From an uncultured delta proteobacterium (GTDB taxonomy: Bacteria > Desulfobacterota > Binatia > UBA9968): DNA of 64,000 nt. Numbering within the stretch: the stretch's first letter is position 1; the number at the start of each line of letters is the position of its first letter. The notes beneath the pieces are model-generated. The model was not told the DNA's origin, ran no database searches, and saw nothing but the letters and a program-made list of their open reading frames with translations. This document shows positions 41,486 through 54,044 of this stretch, piece after piece. The stretch covers positions 64,001 to 128,000 of the forward strand of contig CAVXEP010000016.1 of NCBI GenBank assembly GCA_963760795.1, read 5' to 3'. Made by a program: the position numbers and the translations under genes.

Positions 41486-41820
41486 GAGAATTTGTTCAAG
41501 AAGTGAACGATGGGAATTTTACCGAGGCGGTGCTGAATTCAAAAAAACCGGTGCTGGTGGATTTTTGGGCCCAATGGTGCGGACCGTGCCGTGCCCTCGC
41601 GCCGATCGTCGATGAGCTCGCCCAACAGTACGCCGGCACGGCGCAATTCATGAAACTCAACGTCGATGATAATCCGCAACTTGTCGAGCGCTATCGGGTG
41701 CAGGCGATACCGACGCTGATACTGTTTCGCGACGGCGAGGAAAAACAGCGCATGGTCGGTGCAGCGCGCAAGGAACTGATCACACAGGCCATCGATGCTC
41801 AGGTTGGCGAGAACAATTAG
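41482..41820 (+). CDS. trxA: Thioredoxin
   Basis: VLVDFWAQWCGPC and IPTL; GGAG RBS. Confidence 0.93.
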   Translation: MREFVQEVNDGNFTEAVLNSKKPVLVDFWAQWCGPCRALAPIVDELAQQYAGTAQFMKLNVDDNPQLVERYRVQAIPTLILFRDGEEKQRMVGAARKELITQAIDAQVGENN

Positions 41821-41832
41821 GAGGAAGTGATC

Positions 41833-42255
41833 ATGGAACCAAAGCTGGCAAAGTCAGGGAACACGGAGAATGCAACCGCTTCCAGGGGCGACGAAAAGAT
41901 CACCTCGCTTTTTCAGCCGGACACGCTGCTGTCGGCCCAATACTTTGACACCCTGCGGAGAAAAACCCGGCTTGAGCCGGAAAAACGGCTCCTGCTGGCG
42001 GTCTTAGAGGATGCGATCATTAGCTTCCAGGACAATCTGTTTTCTCAGCGCAGTAAAAACCAGCGGTTGTTCGACGAAGCTGAACAGTGGATCACAACGC
42101 CGGGCGGCGAATGGATGTTTTCCTTTGACAATGTCTGCGAATCGCTTGGCTTTAACCCTGAGTATGTGCGCCGCGGGCTGTTGCGCTGGCAAGAAAAGCA
42201 TCGGCAAAAACCGTCTGCCAGTGGCGCTCCGGATGAAAAACGGCTGGCCAGTTAA
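41833..42255 (+). CDS. Conserved-looking hypothetical protein with possible HTH-like C-terminus
   Basis: EPEKRLLLAVLEDAI...FSFDNVCESLGFNPEYVRRGL; GGAGG RBS. Confidence 0.7.
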   Translation: MEPKLAKSGNTENATASRGDEKITSLFQPDTLLSAQYFDTLRRKTRLEPEKRLLLAVLEDAIISFQDNLFSQRSKNQRLFDEAEQWITTPGGEWMFSFDNVCESLGFNPEYVRRGLLRWQEKHRQKPSASGAPDEKRLAS

Positions 42256-42320
42256 CTTCGCGCCGGAGATGGCTCGGACGCGGAAAACACAAAGAAGGCT
42301 AATAGAGAGGGGACAGGATC

Positions 42321-42503
42321 ATGAATTCATGGGAAATAATCTTTCGTCAGAGCAGGGTGAATAACGCCAGCTATGACGGCGAAGCACTCCCCGCGCAGAA
42401 TTGGCATTGGCCACGGGGCACCTGGTTTCAGCGCCGCCTGCGCTATCTCCGCAACGGTTACGGCAGATACGCCAGGGCGCTGGCGGAAGAACGCTGGCAA
42501 TAG
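42321..42503 (+). CDS. Small hypothetical protein (60 aa)
   Basis: Purine-rich RBS; co-oriented within the cluster. Confidence 0.4.
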   Translation: MNSWEIIFRQSRVNNASYDGEALPAQNWHWPRGTWFQRRLRYLRNGYGRYARALAEERWQ

Positions 42504-42520
42504 TCGATAACGGAGCGGCC

Positions 42521-42921
42521 ATGAAGACAGCGGAAATAAACTGGGAGCTCTTTTGGCAAGTCGCGAGCCAACAAACTAACGCGGAAAAAAACTCCTGGCT
42601 CGGGCGCTGGGCATTTGCCGACGACAGCGTAAAGCTGTCGATGCAGCCGGCAAGAACGGAGACGGACGATGCCATCGCAGCGCTGGCGACACGGTGTCCA
42701 ATAACTTTAGCAGGAGAGGGGTCAGAAGGCGCCAATCGCGATTTTCTGCGAAAAACGGCGCGTCCCGCGTCCTCCTACCTACCAGCGCACGCCAGCAATT
42801 GAACGAACTACCTGATGATGTGCTGACAAAAGTTACGCTCTTTTACTACGGAGATCTGCAGGTGGCTGTTGACCAAATGCTCAAATTTTTGGTCGTTACC
42901 GAATCCGTGTCAGACAGCTAG
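42521..42921 (+). CDS. Hypothetical protein, probably frameshifted near 42695
   Basis: GGAG RBS; MKTAEINWELFWQ... continues into ...LNELPDDVLTKVTLFYYGDLQVAVDQMLKFL in another frame. Confidence 0.45.
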
Positions 42922-42948
42922 CGATCCGCGGTACCGCACGAGGGGCGA

Positions 42949-44472
42949 TTACATGCTCCGATCCAAACTCCGATACTGAATCGCCTCGGCGATGTGCGAC
43001 GATTCGATAATTTCTGCGCCGGCTAAATCGGCAATGGTTCGTCCGACTTTCAAGACTCGACTATAGGCGCGCGCGCTCAAGCCGAGTTTGTTGATCGCGG
43101 TTTCCAGTAACTTCTCGGCATCTTCTTTCACCGCGCAGTAGCGTTTGATCTCCTTGGCGCCCATCTGGGCGTTGCTGTGGAGCTTGGTTTTGTCGAAGCG
43201 CTGTAGTTGAATCTTGCGCGCGTCGTTGACGCGCTGGCGAATGACGTTCGACGATTCGCCGGCATCTTTGCTGGCGAGCTCCTGATAGCGCAGGCCGGGG
43301 ACTTCGACTTGGATGTCGATGCGGTCCAAGAGCGGGCCGGAGACTTTCGAGCGGTAGCGCTGGATTTGCAGCGGCGTACAAATGCATTCCTTCTGTGGGT
43401 CGGTGAAGAATCCACAGACGCAGGGGTTCATCGCCGCGACCAGCATGAAGCTTGCGGGATAGTTGATCGAACCCATGGCGCGCGACACGGTGATGCTACC
43501 GTCTTCCAAAGGCTGGCGCATGACTTCCAGGACATTCCGACGAAACTCCGGCAGTTCGTCGAGGAACAAGACGCCATTGTGGGCGAGCGAGACTTCACCC
43601 GGTCTCGGCACCGTGCCGCCGCCGACAAGGCCCGCATCGGAGATCGTGTGGTGCGGCGAGCGGAACGGCCGGGTGGCGATGATCGCTTGGCCGCCGAGGG
43701 TGCCCATGACGCTGTGGATCTTGGTAGTCTCCAGAGCCTCGGCCAATGTCAGATCGGGGAGAATGGTCGGCAGCCGTTTGGCCAGCATGGTTTTGCCTGA
43801 GCCGGGCGGACCCACCAGGATGACGTTGTGACCCCCGGCGGCGGCGACTTCCAGGGCGCGTTTGACATGTTGCTGACCTTTGACGTCGTTGAAGTCGGCG
43901 TTGTATTGAGAGTGCTGGCTGAACAGATCGTCGAGGTTGGCGCCGGTGGGGATGATGGTTCCGGTGCCATTCAAAAATTCGACCACCTGCGGCAAGTCGC
44001 GCACGCCCAGCACTTCGAGATCGCTTACCACAGCGGCTTCCGAGGCGTTTTGTTCGGGGAGTATCAGCCCGCGAAATTTTTCTTTTTTGGCGGCGATGGC
44101 GATCGACAGCGCGCCGCGCACCGGTTTGACGGTACCGTCGAGGGAAAGCTCGCCGATGAGAAAATATGAGTCGAGGAGAGTTTTATCTAAGGTGCCCTCG
44201 GCGGCGAGTATACCGATGGCCATCGGCAGGTCGTAGGCGGAGCCTTCTTTTTTGATGTCGGCAGGCGCGAGGTTGATGGTGATGCGCTTGGCGGGAAAGG
44301 TGTAGCCGCAATTTTTAACCGCGGCGCGGATGCGGTCCTTGCTTTCCTTGACCGCGCCTTCGGGTAAGCCGACAGTCGCTAGTTGCGGCAAGCCGGAGGC
44401 GAGATCGATCTCGACCTCGACGCGGAGTGCATCGATACCATAAAGAGCGGCGCTGTTGACCTTGGCGAGCAT
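42949..44472 (-). CDS. comM: YifB/ComM family Mg-chelatase-like AAA+ ATPase
   Basis: [55 protein letters not shown]. Confidence 0.93.
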   Translation of the reverse strand: MLAKVNSAALYGIDALRVEVEIDLASGLPQLATVGLPEGAVKESKDRIRAAVKNCGYTFPAKRITINLAPADIKKEGSAYDLPMAIGILAAEGTLDKTLLDSYFLIGELSLDGTVKPVRGALSIAIAAKKEKFRGLILPEQNASEAAVVSDLEVLGVRDLPQVVEFLNGTGTIIPTGANLDDLFSQHSQYNADFNDVKGQQHVKRALEVAAAGGHNVILVGPPGSGKTMLAKRLPTILPDLTLAEALETTKIHSVMGTLGGQAIIATRPFRSPHHTISDAGLVGGGTVPRPGEVSLAHNGVLFLDELPEFRRNVLEVMRQPLEDGSITVSRAMGSINYPASFMLVAAMNPCVCGFFTDPQKECICTPLQIQRYRSKVSGPLLDRIDIQVEVPGLRYQELASKDAGESSNVIRQRVNDARKIQLQRFDKTKLHSNAQMGAKEIKRYCAVKEDAEKLLETAINKLGLSARAYSRVLKVGRTIADLAGAEIIESSHIAEAIQYRSLDRSM

Positions 44473-44527
44473 ATCCGGTTGTGAAGGTGCCGTACGCTAA
44501 CAAAGGCGGCTCTCGAGCACAAACGGA

Positions 44528-44558
44528 TTGATAATTGATAATTGAGAATGGAAAATGA
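44528..44558. repeat. 7-bp tandem repeat (TTGATAA/TGGAAAA-like)
   Basis: TTGATAATTGATAATTGAGAATGGAAAATGA; similar ATGGAGAATGGAAAATTGAGAA at 53204-53225. Confidence 0.55.
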
Positions 44559-44602
44559 CCGGATGGGCCATGCTAGCTGCGCTGCTGTTTTTGCCGAGTG
44601 CG

Positions 44603-44836
44603 CTAGAACTTGTCTTTCTTGAAGGACTTCAAGGATGACGGCCGGCCGCGCAGGACATCGTCGCCGGTGACCCGGTCGAAGACATGGACGCCGTGATTGT
44701 GTAGCAAGGTGGTCTGCGATACCGCTCGTTTGGCGCCGGCGCGGCACTTGTCGCACTTATTGAGCGGCTTTTCGGAGACCTTCTGGAGAGCTTCGAAGCG
44801 ATGGCCATTGGTGCATTCGTATTCGTAAAGCGGCAT
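44603..44836 (-). CDS. FmdB family zinc-ribbon protein
   Basis: MPLYEYECTNGHRFE...CDKC. Confidence 0.88.
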   Translation of the reverse strand: MPLYEYECTNGHRFEALQKVSEKPLNKCDKCRAGAKRAVSQTTLLHNHGVHVFDRVTGDDVLRGRPSSLKSFKKDKF

Positions 44837-44889
44837 GTTCTGTGTCTCTAGCTACCATATCGATGACAGTGGCTCAATCTTGGCTGTTC

Positions 44890-44918
44890 TTGCCGTGAAA
44901 AATATTTCTTGGTATAAG
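44890..44918 (+). promoter_or_regulatory. Sigma70 promoter of guaBA
   Basis: TTGCCG-N17-TATAAG. Confidence 0.6.
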
Positions 44919-44956
44919 ACTTCATGTTTGCTTTGAAACAATCGGTGTGCGTCCTC

Positions 44957-44985
44957 AACCCAGGCCCAGGTCTGGGTTTTTTTTT
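44957..44985 (+). terminator. Intrinsic terminator in guaB 5' leader (candidate attenuator)
   Basis: AACCCAGGC-CCAG-GTCTGGGTT stem running into a T9 tract, 21 bp before the guaB ATG. Confidence 0.65.
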
Positions 44986-45003
44986 ACTTCGGCGCGGAGG
45001 TGA

Positions 45004-47999
<2,996 letters not shown>

Positions 48000-48070
48000 G
48001 TCACTCGACGGTTGCTTGCCGTTGGCGAATCGGCCGTCAAAAGTCCAGCTAACGCAGGAGTTGTGAACCG

Positions 48071-48853
48071 ATGTCGAATGAGAACAATGAGATCGTCGCG
48101 ATCGATGGTTGGGGCATTACCCCCGGATCGCCGGAGGTTGTGCGCTTTCTCGAGGGGCCGCAGCGCCGCTTAACCGAGGTGGCGCTGGCGGTGCGGATCT
48201 TTTGCGAGTTTATCCGCGGCTTTCGCGCGCTCCATTTTGCCGGCCCCTGCGTCACCGTGTTCGGCTCGGCGCGCTTTACCGAAGTCAATCCTTACTATCG
48301 CATGGCGCGCCAAGTGGGCGCCGGTCTGGCCACCGCGGGTTTCACGGTGATGACCGGCGGCGGCCCGGGGATCATGGAGGCGGCCAATCGCGGCGCCAAA
48401 GATGTTGGCGGCCGCTCCATCGGATGCAATATCGTTCTGCCTCAGGAGCAGGAGCATAATCCTTATCTCGACCACTGGGTTACCTTCCGTTATTTCTTCG
48501 TGCGCAAAGTCATGCTGGTGAAATACTCCTATGCGTTCATCGCCTTCCCTGGTGGTTTTGGCACCATGGATGAGATTTTTGAGACCGCGACCTTGATTCA
48601 GAACGCGAAGATTCGTGAGTTTCCGTTGGTTCTGATGGGCAAGGAGTTTTGGGCGCCGTTGGTCGAATTCATGTCCGAGCGGTTGGTTAAGGCGCGGACA
48701 ATCGACGCTATCGATCTTGAACGGATCACCGTCACCGATTCCGCCGACGAAGCGGTCAGTGTGATCACCGAGGTGGCCAAGCGCCGCTTCGGTTTGACCT
48801 ACGGCGCGCACATGAAACGGCACTGGATCTTTGGCGAGCGTGGGTCGGCGTAG
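48071..48853 (+). CDS. LOG family nucleotide phosphoribohydrolase (TIGR00730-type)
   Basis: VTVFGSAR, TGGGPGIMEAAN, FFVRK, PGGFGTMDE. Confidence 0.9.
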   Translation: MSNENNEIVAIDGWGITPGSPEVVRFLEGPQRRLTEVALAVRIFCEFIRGFRALHFAGPCVTVFGSARFTEVNPYYRMARQVGAGLATAGFTVMTGGGPGIMEAANRGAKDVGGRSIGCNIVLPQEQEHNPYLDHWVTFRYFFVRKVMLVKYSYAFIAFPGGFGTMDEIFETATLIQNAKIREFPLVLMGKEFWAPLVEFMSERLVKARTIDAIDLERITVTDSADEAVSVITEVAKRRFGLTYGAHMKRHWIFGERGSA

Positions 48854-48900
48854 GGTGCACACGTCACGGACGATATCTACCGGCTCTACAGCCGCACCGC

Positions 48901-49401
48901 AGTGAGGCGTACGCCCTCGGCCAACGCATCCCTCTGTTGGATCGCGGCCGCTTGATGAAACTCGGCAGCCGGGAGGATGTTTTTCAACAGTCCGGCAAAC
49001 GATCTGGTGGCCGCAATAGTCGGCTGCGAAAATCGCCTCACGGCAATCGTCGAAGCGTCGGATGGAAAATCCACTAGAGTTGTGATCGGTGCGCTAGCGA
49101 TACCGGTATCGGGGAATTTTTCTGTGGGATCGCGGGAAATCTCTGTATCCGCGCCAACGCTGTGCGCGTCATGCCGGCTGTGCCAGGCCGGGAGAGCCCC
49201 TTTCGATTTGACGGAAAGATCCGGGAGATCTTCAGCGCCCGCGAACATCACCGCATGGTTATCGATTGCCCCGGGTTTGAGCTGGTCGGCTCGGTAGAAT
49301 GGGCGCCCGGTCAGTTCTGCGGTCTGAGTGAGCCAATCGCGATGACGGTTTCGTTAGAACTCAGCGCGATTCATGTCATCTTAGCTGACAGCTCTCTTTG
49401 A
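48901..49401 (+). pseudogene. C-terminal remnant of ABC ATPase (TOBE-type)
   Basis: EAYALGQRIPLLDRGRLMKLGSREDVFNSPANDLVAAIVGCEN...; no Walker A/B upstream; frameshifted. Confidence 0.6.
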
Positions 49402-49651
49402 TACCGCGTTGCGGGTTGAGCACTGCCAACCCGCCATTGTCTTCAGCGAGCTTGCAGGCGTAGGCGACCGCGGCGCGGAGATCGTCGCTCTCCAGATCGG
49501 GGTAGTGTTCGAGGACTTCTTCAGGAGCAAGGCCTTGGCACAGCGCGTCGAGAATGATCGCGATATGTATTCGAGTCCCGTAAATGTAAGGACGGCCAGA
49601 GCAGATTCTGGGATCGACTCGCACGCGGGAGATCAACTGTTTATCGGTCAT
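49376..49651 (-). CDS. DUF433 family protein (antitoxin-like)
   Basis: VDPRICSGRPYIYGTRI...EEVLEHYPDL..DDLRAAVAY. Confidence 0.85.
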   Translation of the reverse strand: MTDKQLISRVRVDPRICSGRPYIYGTRIHIAIILDALCQGLAPEEVLEHYPDLESDDLRAAVAYACKLAEDNGGLAVLNPQRGIKESCQLR

Positions 49652-49908
49652 GTTTAACGCACAAGTTCTGGTCGTGGATGGTTCGAATATCATAATCATA
49701 CAACGCTTGGATAGTTTAGGGCAAGAACCAAACAATTAGCCGAGAAATTATTTTGCTTTCAAGAATACCGGAGGTCACATCAGGGACCGTCCTTTCCGCC
49801 AAATCGGTCTTCCCGGAGATGAAGTAAGAAAAGAGTCGCAAAATTATCAACATCTGTGCCAGGATCTTTTGAGCATAAAGGGCAAAATGCTCCGAAGACG
49901 GTGACGTT

Positions 49909-49936
49909 GTAGGGGCGTTTTATCAATCGCCGCTAC
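49909..49936. repeat. Degenerate GTAG REP of the RAYT family
   Basis: GTAGGGGCGTTTTATCAATCGCCGCTAC vs GTAGGGGCGATTCATGAATCGCCCCTAC. Confidence 0.65.
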
Positions 49937-49939
49937 TTG

Positions 49940-50047
49940 CAGATGCCGGATGATCTGCCGGGCACGCTGGTTTTTCTCTGGTCATCCGAAAGTGACTTCA
50001 TGATTGGATAGGCGATTGTGGTGGATGGGGGAAGGGTATTTCACTGA
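49940..50047 (+). pseudogene. SDR C-terminal remnant
   Basis: QMPDDLPGTLVFLWSSESDFMIG*AIVVDGGRVFH*; internal stop and no N-terminus. Confidence 0.6.
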
Positions 50048-50151
50048 GATAAATTCCGGAAGCGTCGGATAGGCATACCGTGCATCGGCCGCCGTATCCG
50101 CTCTTTCGTTTTCTGGTGGACGCGGCGGCTTTCGTTGGCTATATTTCGCCT

Positions 50152-50775
50152 ATGGCTGAACACGATCACGATCACGATGAGGGTTCCAATCTTTCCGAGA
50201 TGGAGCTGCGGGTGCGCGCGCTGGAAACGATTCTCGTCGATAAGGGATATATCGAACCCACGGCGCTCGATCGCATCGTCGAGCTTTACGAAACCAAAAT
50301 CGGTCCGCATATCGGCGCTCAGGTAATCGCCAGGGCGTGGAGCGATCCTACCTTTCGCCAGTCGCTCCTAGAGGACGCGAGCAAGGCGGTCAATGCGTTT
50401 GCCCAAGCGGGACACGTGGGCGAGCACCTGGTGGCGATCGAGAACACACCGCAGCTGCACAATATGATCGTGTGCACGTTATGTTCCTGTTATCCCACCG
50501 ACGTTCTCGGCCTGCCGCCGATGTGGTACAAGTCCTTCGCCTACCGCTCGCGCGTCGTGAAGGATCCCCGCGCGGTGCTGGCGGATTTCGGCGTCGCGCT
50601 GCCGGTTGAGACGGAGATCCGGGTTTGGGATTCGACGGCCGAGACCCGCTATTTGGTTGTGCCCATGCGTCCGGCCGGAACCGAAGGCTGGAGCGAGGCG
50701 CAGCTTGCCAAGTTGGTTACGCGCGACAGCATGGTCGGCACCGGTCTGCCAAAAAACCCAAGTGAGGTGACGTGA
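50152..50775 (+). CDS. nthA: Cobalt-type nitrile hydratase subunit alpha
   Basis: VCTLCSCYP metal-binding motif (Thr/Tyr indicate Co-type), WYKSFAYRSR, VWDSTAE. Confidence 0.95.
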   Translation: MAEHDHDHDEGSNLSEMELRVRALETILVDKGYIEPTALDRIVELYETKIGPHIGAQVIARAWSDPTFRQSLLEDASKAVNAFAQAGHVGEHLVAIENTPQLHNMIVCTLCSCYPTDVLGLPPMWYKSFAYRSRVVKDPRAVLADFGVALPVETEIRVWDSTAETRYLVVPMRPAGTEGWSEAQLAKLVTRDSMVGTGLPKNPSEVT

Positions 50776-51434
50776 TGGACGGCGTCCACGACATGGGCGG
50801 CATGGACGGTTTCGGTAAGGTCGAGCCCGAGCCCAACGAGCCGGTTTTTCATCATCGCTGGGAGGGACGGGTGCTGGCGATGAGCCGCGCGATTGGCGTC
50901 TTCCGCGCTTGGACCATCGATACCAGCAGGCATGCCATTGAGTTGATGGCGCCGTCGTTCTATTTGAACCGCCCCTACTACGAGAAATGGTTTGTGCGTA
51001 ATCAAAACTTGCTCATCGAGCGCGGTTTGATCGACGCCGACGAAGTTGCCGCCGGTCGGGCCTTGCGTCCCGCGAAAAATGTGAAGCGCGGGCCATTCAC
51101 ACTGGACGATGTGGATAAGGTCACCAAGCGCGGCTCGTTTTACCGGCCGGCCCAAGGACCGGCTCGATTCAAAATCGGCGACCGCGTGCGCACGAAGAAC
51201 ATTCACCCGCAGACGCATACGCGTCTGCCACGCTACGCGCGCGGCCACGTCGGCGTAGTCGAGCGCTTGCATGGCACTCACGCCTTTCCCGATTCGGTAG
51301 CCGCCGGTAAAGGCGACGATCCGCAGTGGCTTTACACCGTGCGCTTCGATGCTCAAGAGCTTTGGGGCGCCGACGCGGAGCCGAAGTTGAAAGTCTCCAT
51401 CGAAGCCTTTGAACCTTACCTCGAGCATGTCTGA
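50775..51434 (+). CDS. nthB: Nitrile hydratase subunit beta
   Basis: MDGVHDMGGMDGFG, YYEKW, HTRLPRYARG, LYTVRF. Confidence 0.95.
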   Translation: MDGVHDMGGMDGFGKVEPEPNEPVFHHRWEGRVLAMSRAIGVFRAWTIDTSRHAIELMAPSFYLNRPYYEKWFVRNQNLLIERGLIDADEVAAGRALRPAKNVKRGPFTLDDVDKVTKRGSFYRPAQGPARFKIGDRVRTKNIHPQTHTRLPRYARGHVGVVERLHGTHAFPDSVAAGKGDDPQWLYTVRFDAQELWGADAEPKLKVSIEAFEPYLEHV

Positions 51435-51951
51435 ATCATTGATCGAACCTGAACCCGCCCGGCGCGCCGCGGAAGCCGTTCCAGGCATCCCGCGTGACGC
51501 ATCCGGACCAGTCTTCCGCGCGCCCTGGGAGGCCCATGCTTTTGCCATGGCGCTGGCGCTGCACGAAAAGGGTCTATTCGCCTGGCCTGAGTGGTCCGCG
51601 ATGCTTGGCGAGGAGATCAAAAGAGCGCAGGCCGCCGGCGATCCCGACACCGGCGAAACGTACTACCGCCATTGGCTAGCAACGCTCGAACGCATGGTTG
51701 CAGCAAAAGGCGCAACCTCGGCGCAAGCACTTGAGCAGCATTACCAAGCCTGGGAGCGCGCGACGCAGCGCACGCCTCACGGCAAACCGATTGAACTTAG
51801 GCGCGGAAGACTTTCGCAGTTGAGGGGCTGGACCAACGCGGTATTGCCGCAGGTAATTGAACAAAGGCAGGAGATCATCATTATCTCGCCGTCCACTCTC
51901 GCATTAAATGACAATTCATTGATTCGCAAGATAATCTTATCGCGCGGTTAA
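51427..51951 (+). CDS. Nitrile hydratase accessory (activator, P14K-like) protein; 3' end may be extended by a frameshift
   Basis: PVFRAPWEAHAFAM, YYRHWLATLE, RTPHGKPIEL. Confidence 0.88.
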   Translation: MSESLIEPEPARRAAEAVPGIPRDASGPVFRAPWEAHAFAMALALHEKGLFAWPEWSAMLGEEIKRAQAAGDPDTGETYYRHWLATLERMVAAKGATSAQALEQHYQAWERATQRTPHGKPIELRRGRLSQLRGWTNAVLPQVIEQRQEIIIISPSTLALNDNSLIRKIILSRG

Positions 51952-51990
51952 TGCATGGCAAGAGCCTAGGGGTGGGTATTGACCGAGCCT

Positions 51991-52035
51991 CCGGCTCGTC
52001 TCGCTCAAGGCGTTGCTATGGGCGAGACGAGCGGG
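51991..52035. terminator. Stem-loop between convergent genes
   Basis: GCTCGTCTCGCTCA ... TGGGCGAGACGAGC. Confidence 0.5.
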
Positions 52036-52048
52036 CGTTTTAGACTGG

Positions 52049-53131
52049 CTACTGAATCGGCGTCGGCACCGGAATGTTATACAACTTCGCGACGTTTTCA
52101 CGCACCAGCTTGGCGCGTACCCCTGCGGGCAGGGTACCCAGGTCGCGGGCGATGACCTCGCGCGACTTGGGCCAGGTCGAGTTGCCGTGAGGGAAGTCGT
52201 TGGACCACATGCAGTTGTCCTGACCCCACCAGGTCAGCGTGTGGCCGCCGACGGCGTCGTTGAAGAATGTCGTGTAGATTTGTCCGTGGAAGTATTCGCT
52301 CGGCAGCTTCTTGATCGCTAGGCCTGCGCGATTGGCGCCGTGGCGTTTGAAGTAGTAGTCCCACTGCTCCAAGACGAACGGAATCCAGCCGAGCTCGTTT
52401 TCGACCAGGACTATTTTTAGTTTAGGAAAGCGTTCCAACACACCGGAATAGATCAGGTCGTAAAGGCTATCGACCGACTGGAACAGTTTCATATTGACGC
52501 TATTGTGCTCGGCGGTCATGCCGGTGGGCGTGTCTCCCTGGCCGAAGGAACGGCTGCGGCTGTAGCCATGGCCGCTCAAGATATGCAGGTTGACCGGCAT
52601 GTTGAGATCCTGAGACGCGGCCCAAAACTTGTCGTAGTGCGGCGAAGAGAACGGCAGTTCGGGCGGCGGCACCTGCCAGATCACGGTGCCGCGCATCCCG
52701 GCCGCGCGGCAGCGCTCCATCTCTTTCACCGCGCCGTCAATGTCGTACATCGACAGCATGGCGATGCCGATGAGCCGGTCAGGCGCGGCGCTGCAATAGT
52801 CGATCAACCAATCGTTGTAGACTCGTGCGCAGGCAGCCTCCAACTCGTGATCCTCGAGGCTCAAACACTTCAAGCCGTGGGTGGCGTAGAGTACCTCAGC
52901 GCTGACGCCGTCAGCGGCCATTTCGGCGACCCGTTTGTTCTTGTCCTGGGCGCCGCCCGGTGTGTCGTTGGGACGCTGGCCGCCGAAGTCAGGAGCCCGG
53001 TCCTTGAATTGTTTCGGCAGTTCTCGTTGCCACAGCCCCGCCGGTTCGATGACGTGGGAGTCCGACGAGATCAAGACTTCGTTGATGGTGACGTTGTTAT
53101 CTTTGCCGTAGGTTCTTTCGAGTATACCCAT
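52049..53131 (-). CDS. Amidohydrolase family protein (paralog of 4154-5206)
   Basis: ISSDSHVIEP, NLHILSG, WSNDFPHGNSTWP. Confidence 0.9.
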   Translation of the reverse strand: MGILERTYGKDNNVTINEVLISSDSHVIEPAGLWQRELPKQFKDRAPDFGGQRPNDTPGGAQDKNKRVAEMAADGVSAEVLYATHGLKCLSLEDHELEAACARVYNDWLIDYCSAAPDRLIGIAMLSMYDIDGAVKEMERCRAAGMRGTVIWQVPPPELPFSSPHYDKFWAASQDLNMPVNLHILSGHGYSRSRSFGQGDTPTGMTAEHNSVNMKLFQSVDSLYDLIYSGVLERFPKLKIVLVENELGWIPFVLEQWDYYFKRHGANRAGLAIKKLPSEYFHGQIYTTFFNDAVGGHTLTWWGQDNCMWSNDFPHGNSTWPKSREVIARDLGTLPAGVRAKLVRENVAKLYNIPVPTPIQ

Positions 53132-53367
53132 AGGTTTTTGCTCCTTTTCTTCTCTATTCAAATAACTCAGGCGCAGGGTAGGGTGCAAGAGGGGCTGTAC
53201 TGTATGGAGAATGGAAAATTGAGAAATAGAGCATTAGCAGAGCGTCGAGGACAGTCTTTTTGTTTTGCAACGGCTTCGAAACGTTGTTTAGGCGATTCTC
53301 AGTGTGCTAGGACGCGAGTAGACAAATCGGAGTTACATTCTGACCTGGCGTTGGGTGCGACCATTGG

Positions 53368-53394
53368 GTAAGGCGATTCGTGAATCGCCCCTAC
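53368..53394. repeat. REP upstream of RAYT
   Basis: GTAAGGCGATTCGTGAATCGCCCCTAC. Confidence 0.85.
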
Positions 53395-53441
53395 AGAATT
53401 CCCGATTTGGACCAAGGCAACGTGGAGGATCTGTGAAAGCA

Positions 53442-54014
53442 ATGGCGACGGAGTCAAATGGCAGCGGCATACATAAACGTAGGTCGATTCGTTTGCAAGG
53501 ATATGATTATTCTCAGGCGGGGGCCTATTACTTTACGGTCTGCACAAGGGATCGTAAATGTTTGTTTGGTGAGGTAGTGGATGGGCAAATACATGTGAAC
53601 CGAACGAGACAGATCATTCAGACAGTGTGGGATAATTTGCCGCAATTTTATGAAGGCATCGAACTGGATGCATTCGTGATCATGCCCAATCACGTGCATG
53701 GGGTTGTCTTGATTGGTGAACCCGTAGGGGCGATTCATGAATCGCCCCTACCACCTATGCCCATTGCAGAACGCCGGCGGATGCTGTTATCGAAGATTCT
53801 CGGCCGATTCAAAATGGTTACGGCAAAACAGATCAATGCATTACGCGGATCGTCAGGCCAGCCTCTGTGGCAACGTAATTACTACGAACATGTCATCCGT
53901 GACGACCAATCCCTGAAGCGCATTCGACAATACATCGCCGACAACCCGGCACAGTGGAAATTCGATTTTGAAAACCCGTACGTTTCAGCGTCGGAAAGTA
54001 GGGCCGATTCATGA
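53442..54014 (+). mobile_element. REP-associated tyrosine transposase (RAYT, Y1 HUH)
   Basis: RRSIRLQGYDYS, YFTVCT, MPNHVHG (HUH), WQRNYYEHVIRD, YIADNP (catalytic Tyr); flanked by REPs. Confidence 0.92.
53724..53751. repeat. Perfect 28-bp REP palindrome inside the RAYT ORF
   Basis: GTAGGGGCGATTCATGAATCGCCCCTAC, translated as VGAIHESPL. Confidence 0.9.
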
Positions 54015-54021
54015 ATCGCCC
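53998..54021. repeat. REP overlapping the RAYT stop codon
   Basis: GTAGGGCCGATTCATGAATCGCCC. Confidence 0.85.
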
Positions 54022-54044
54022 GTCCGTTGGTCGGAATCAATTCC

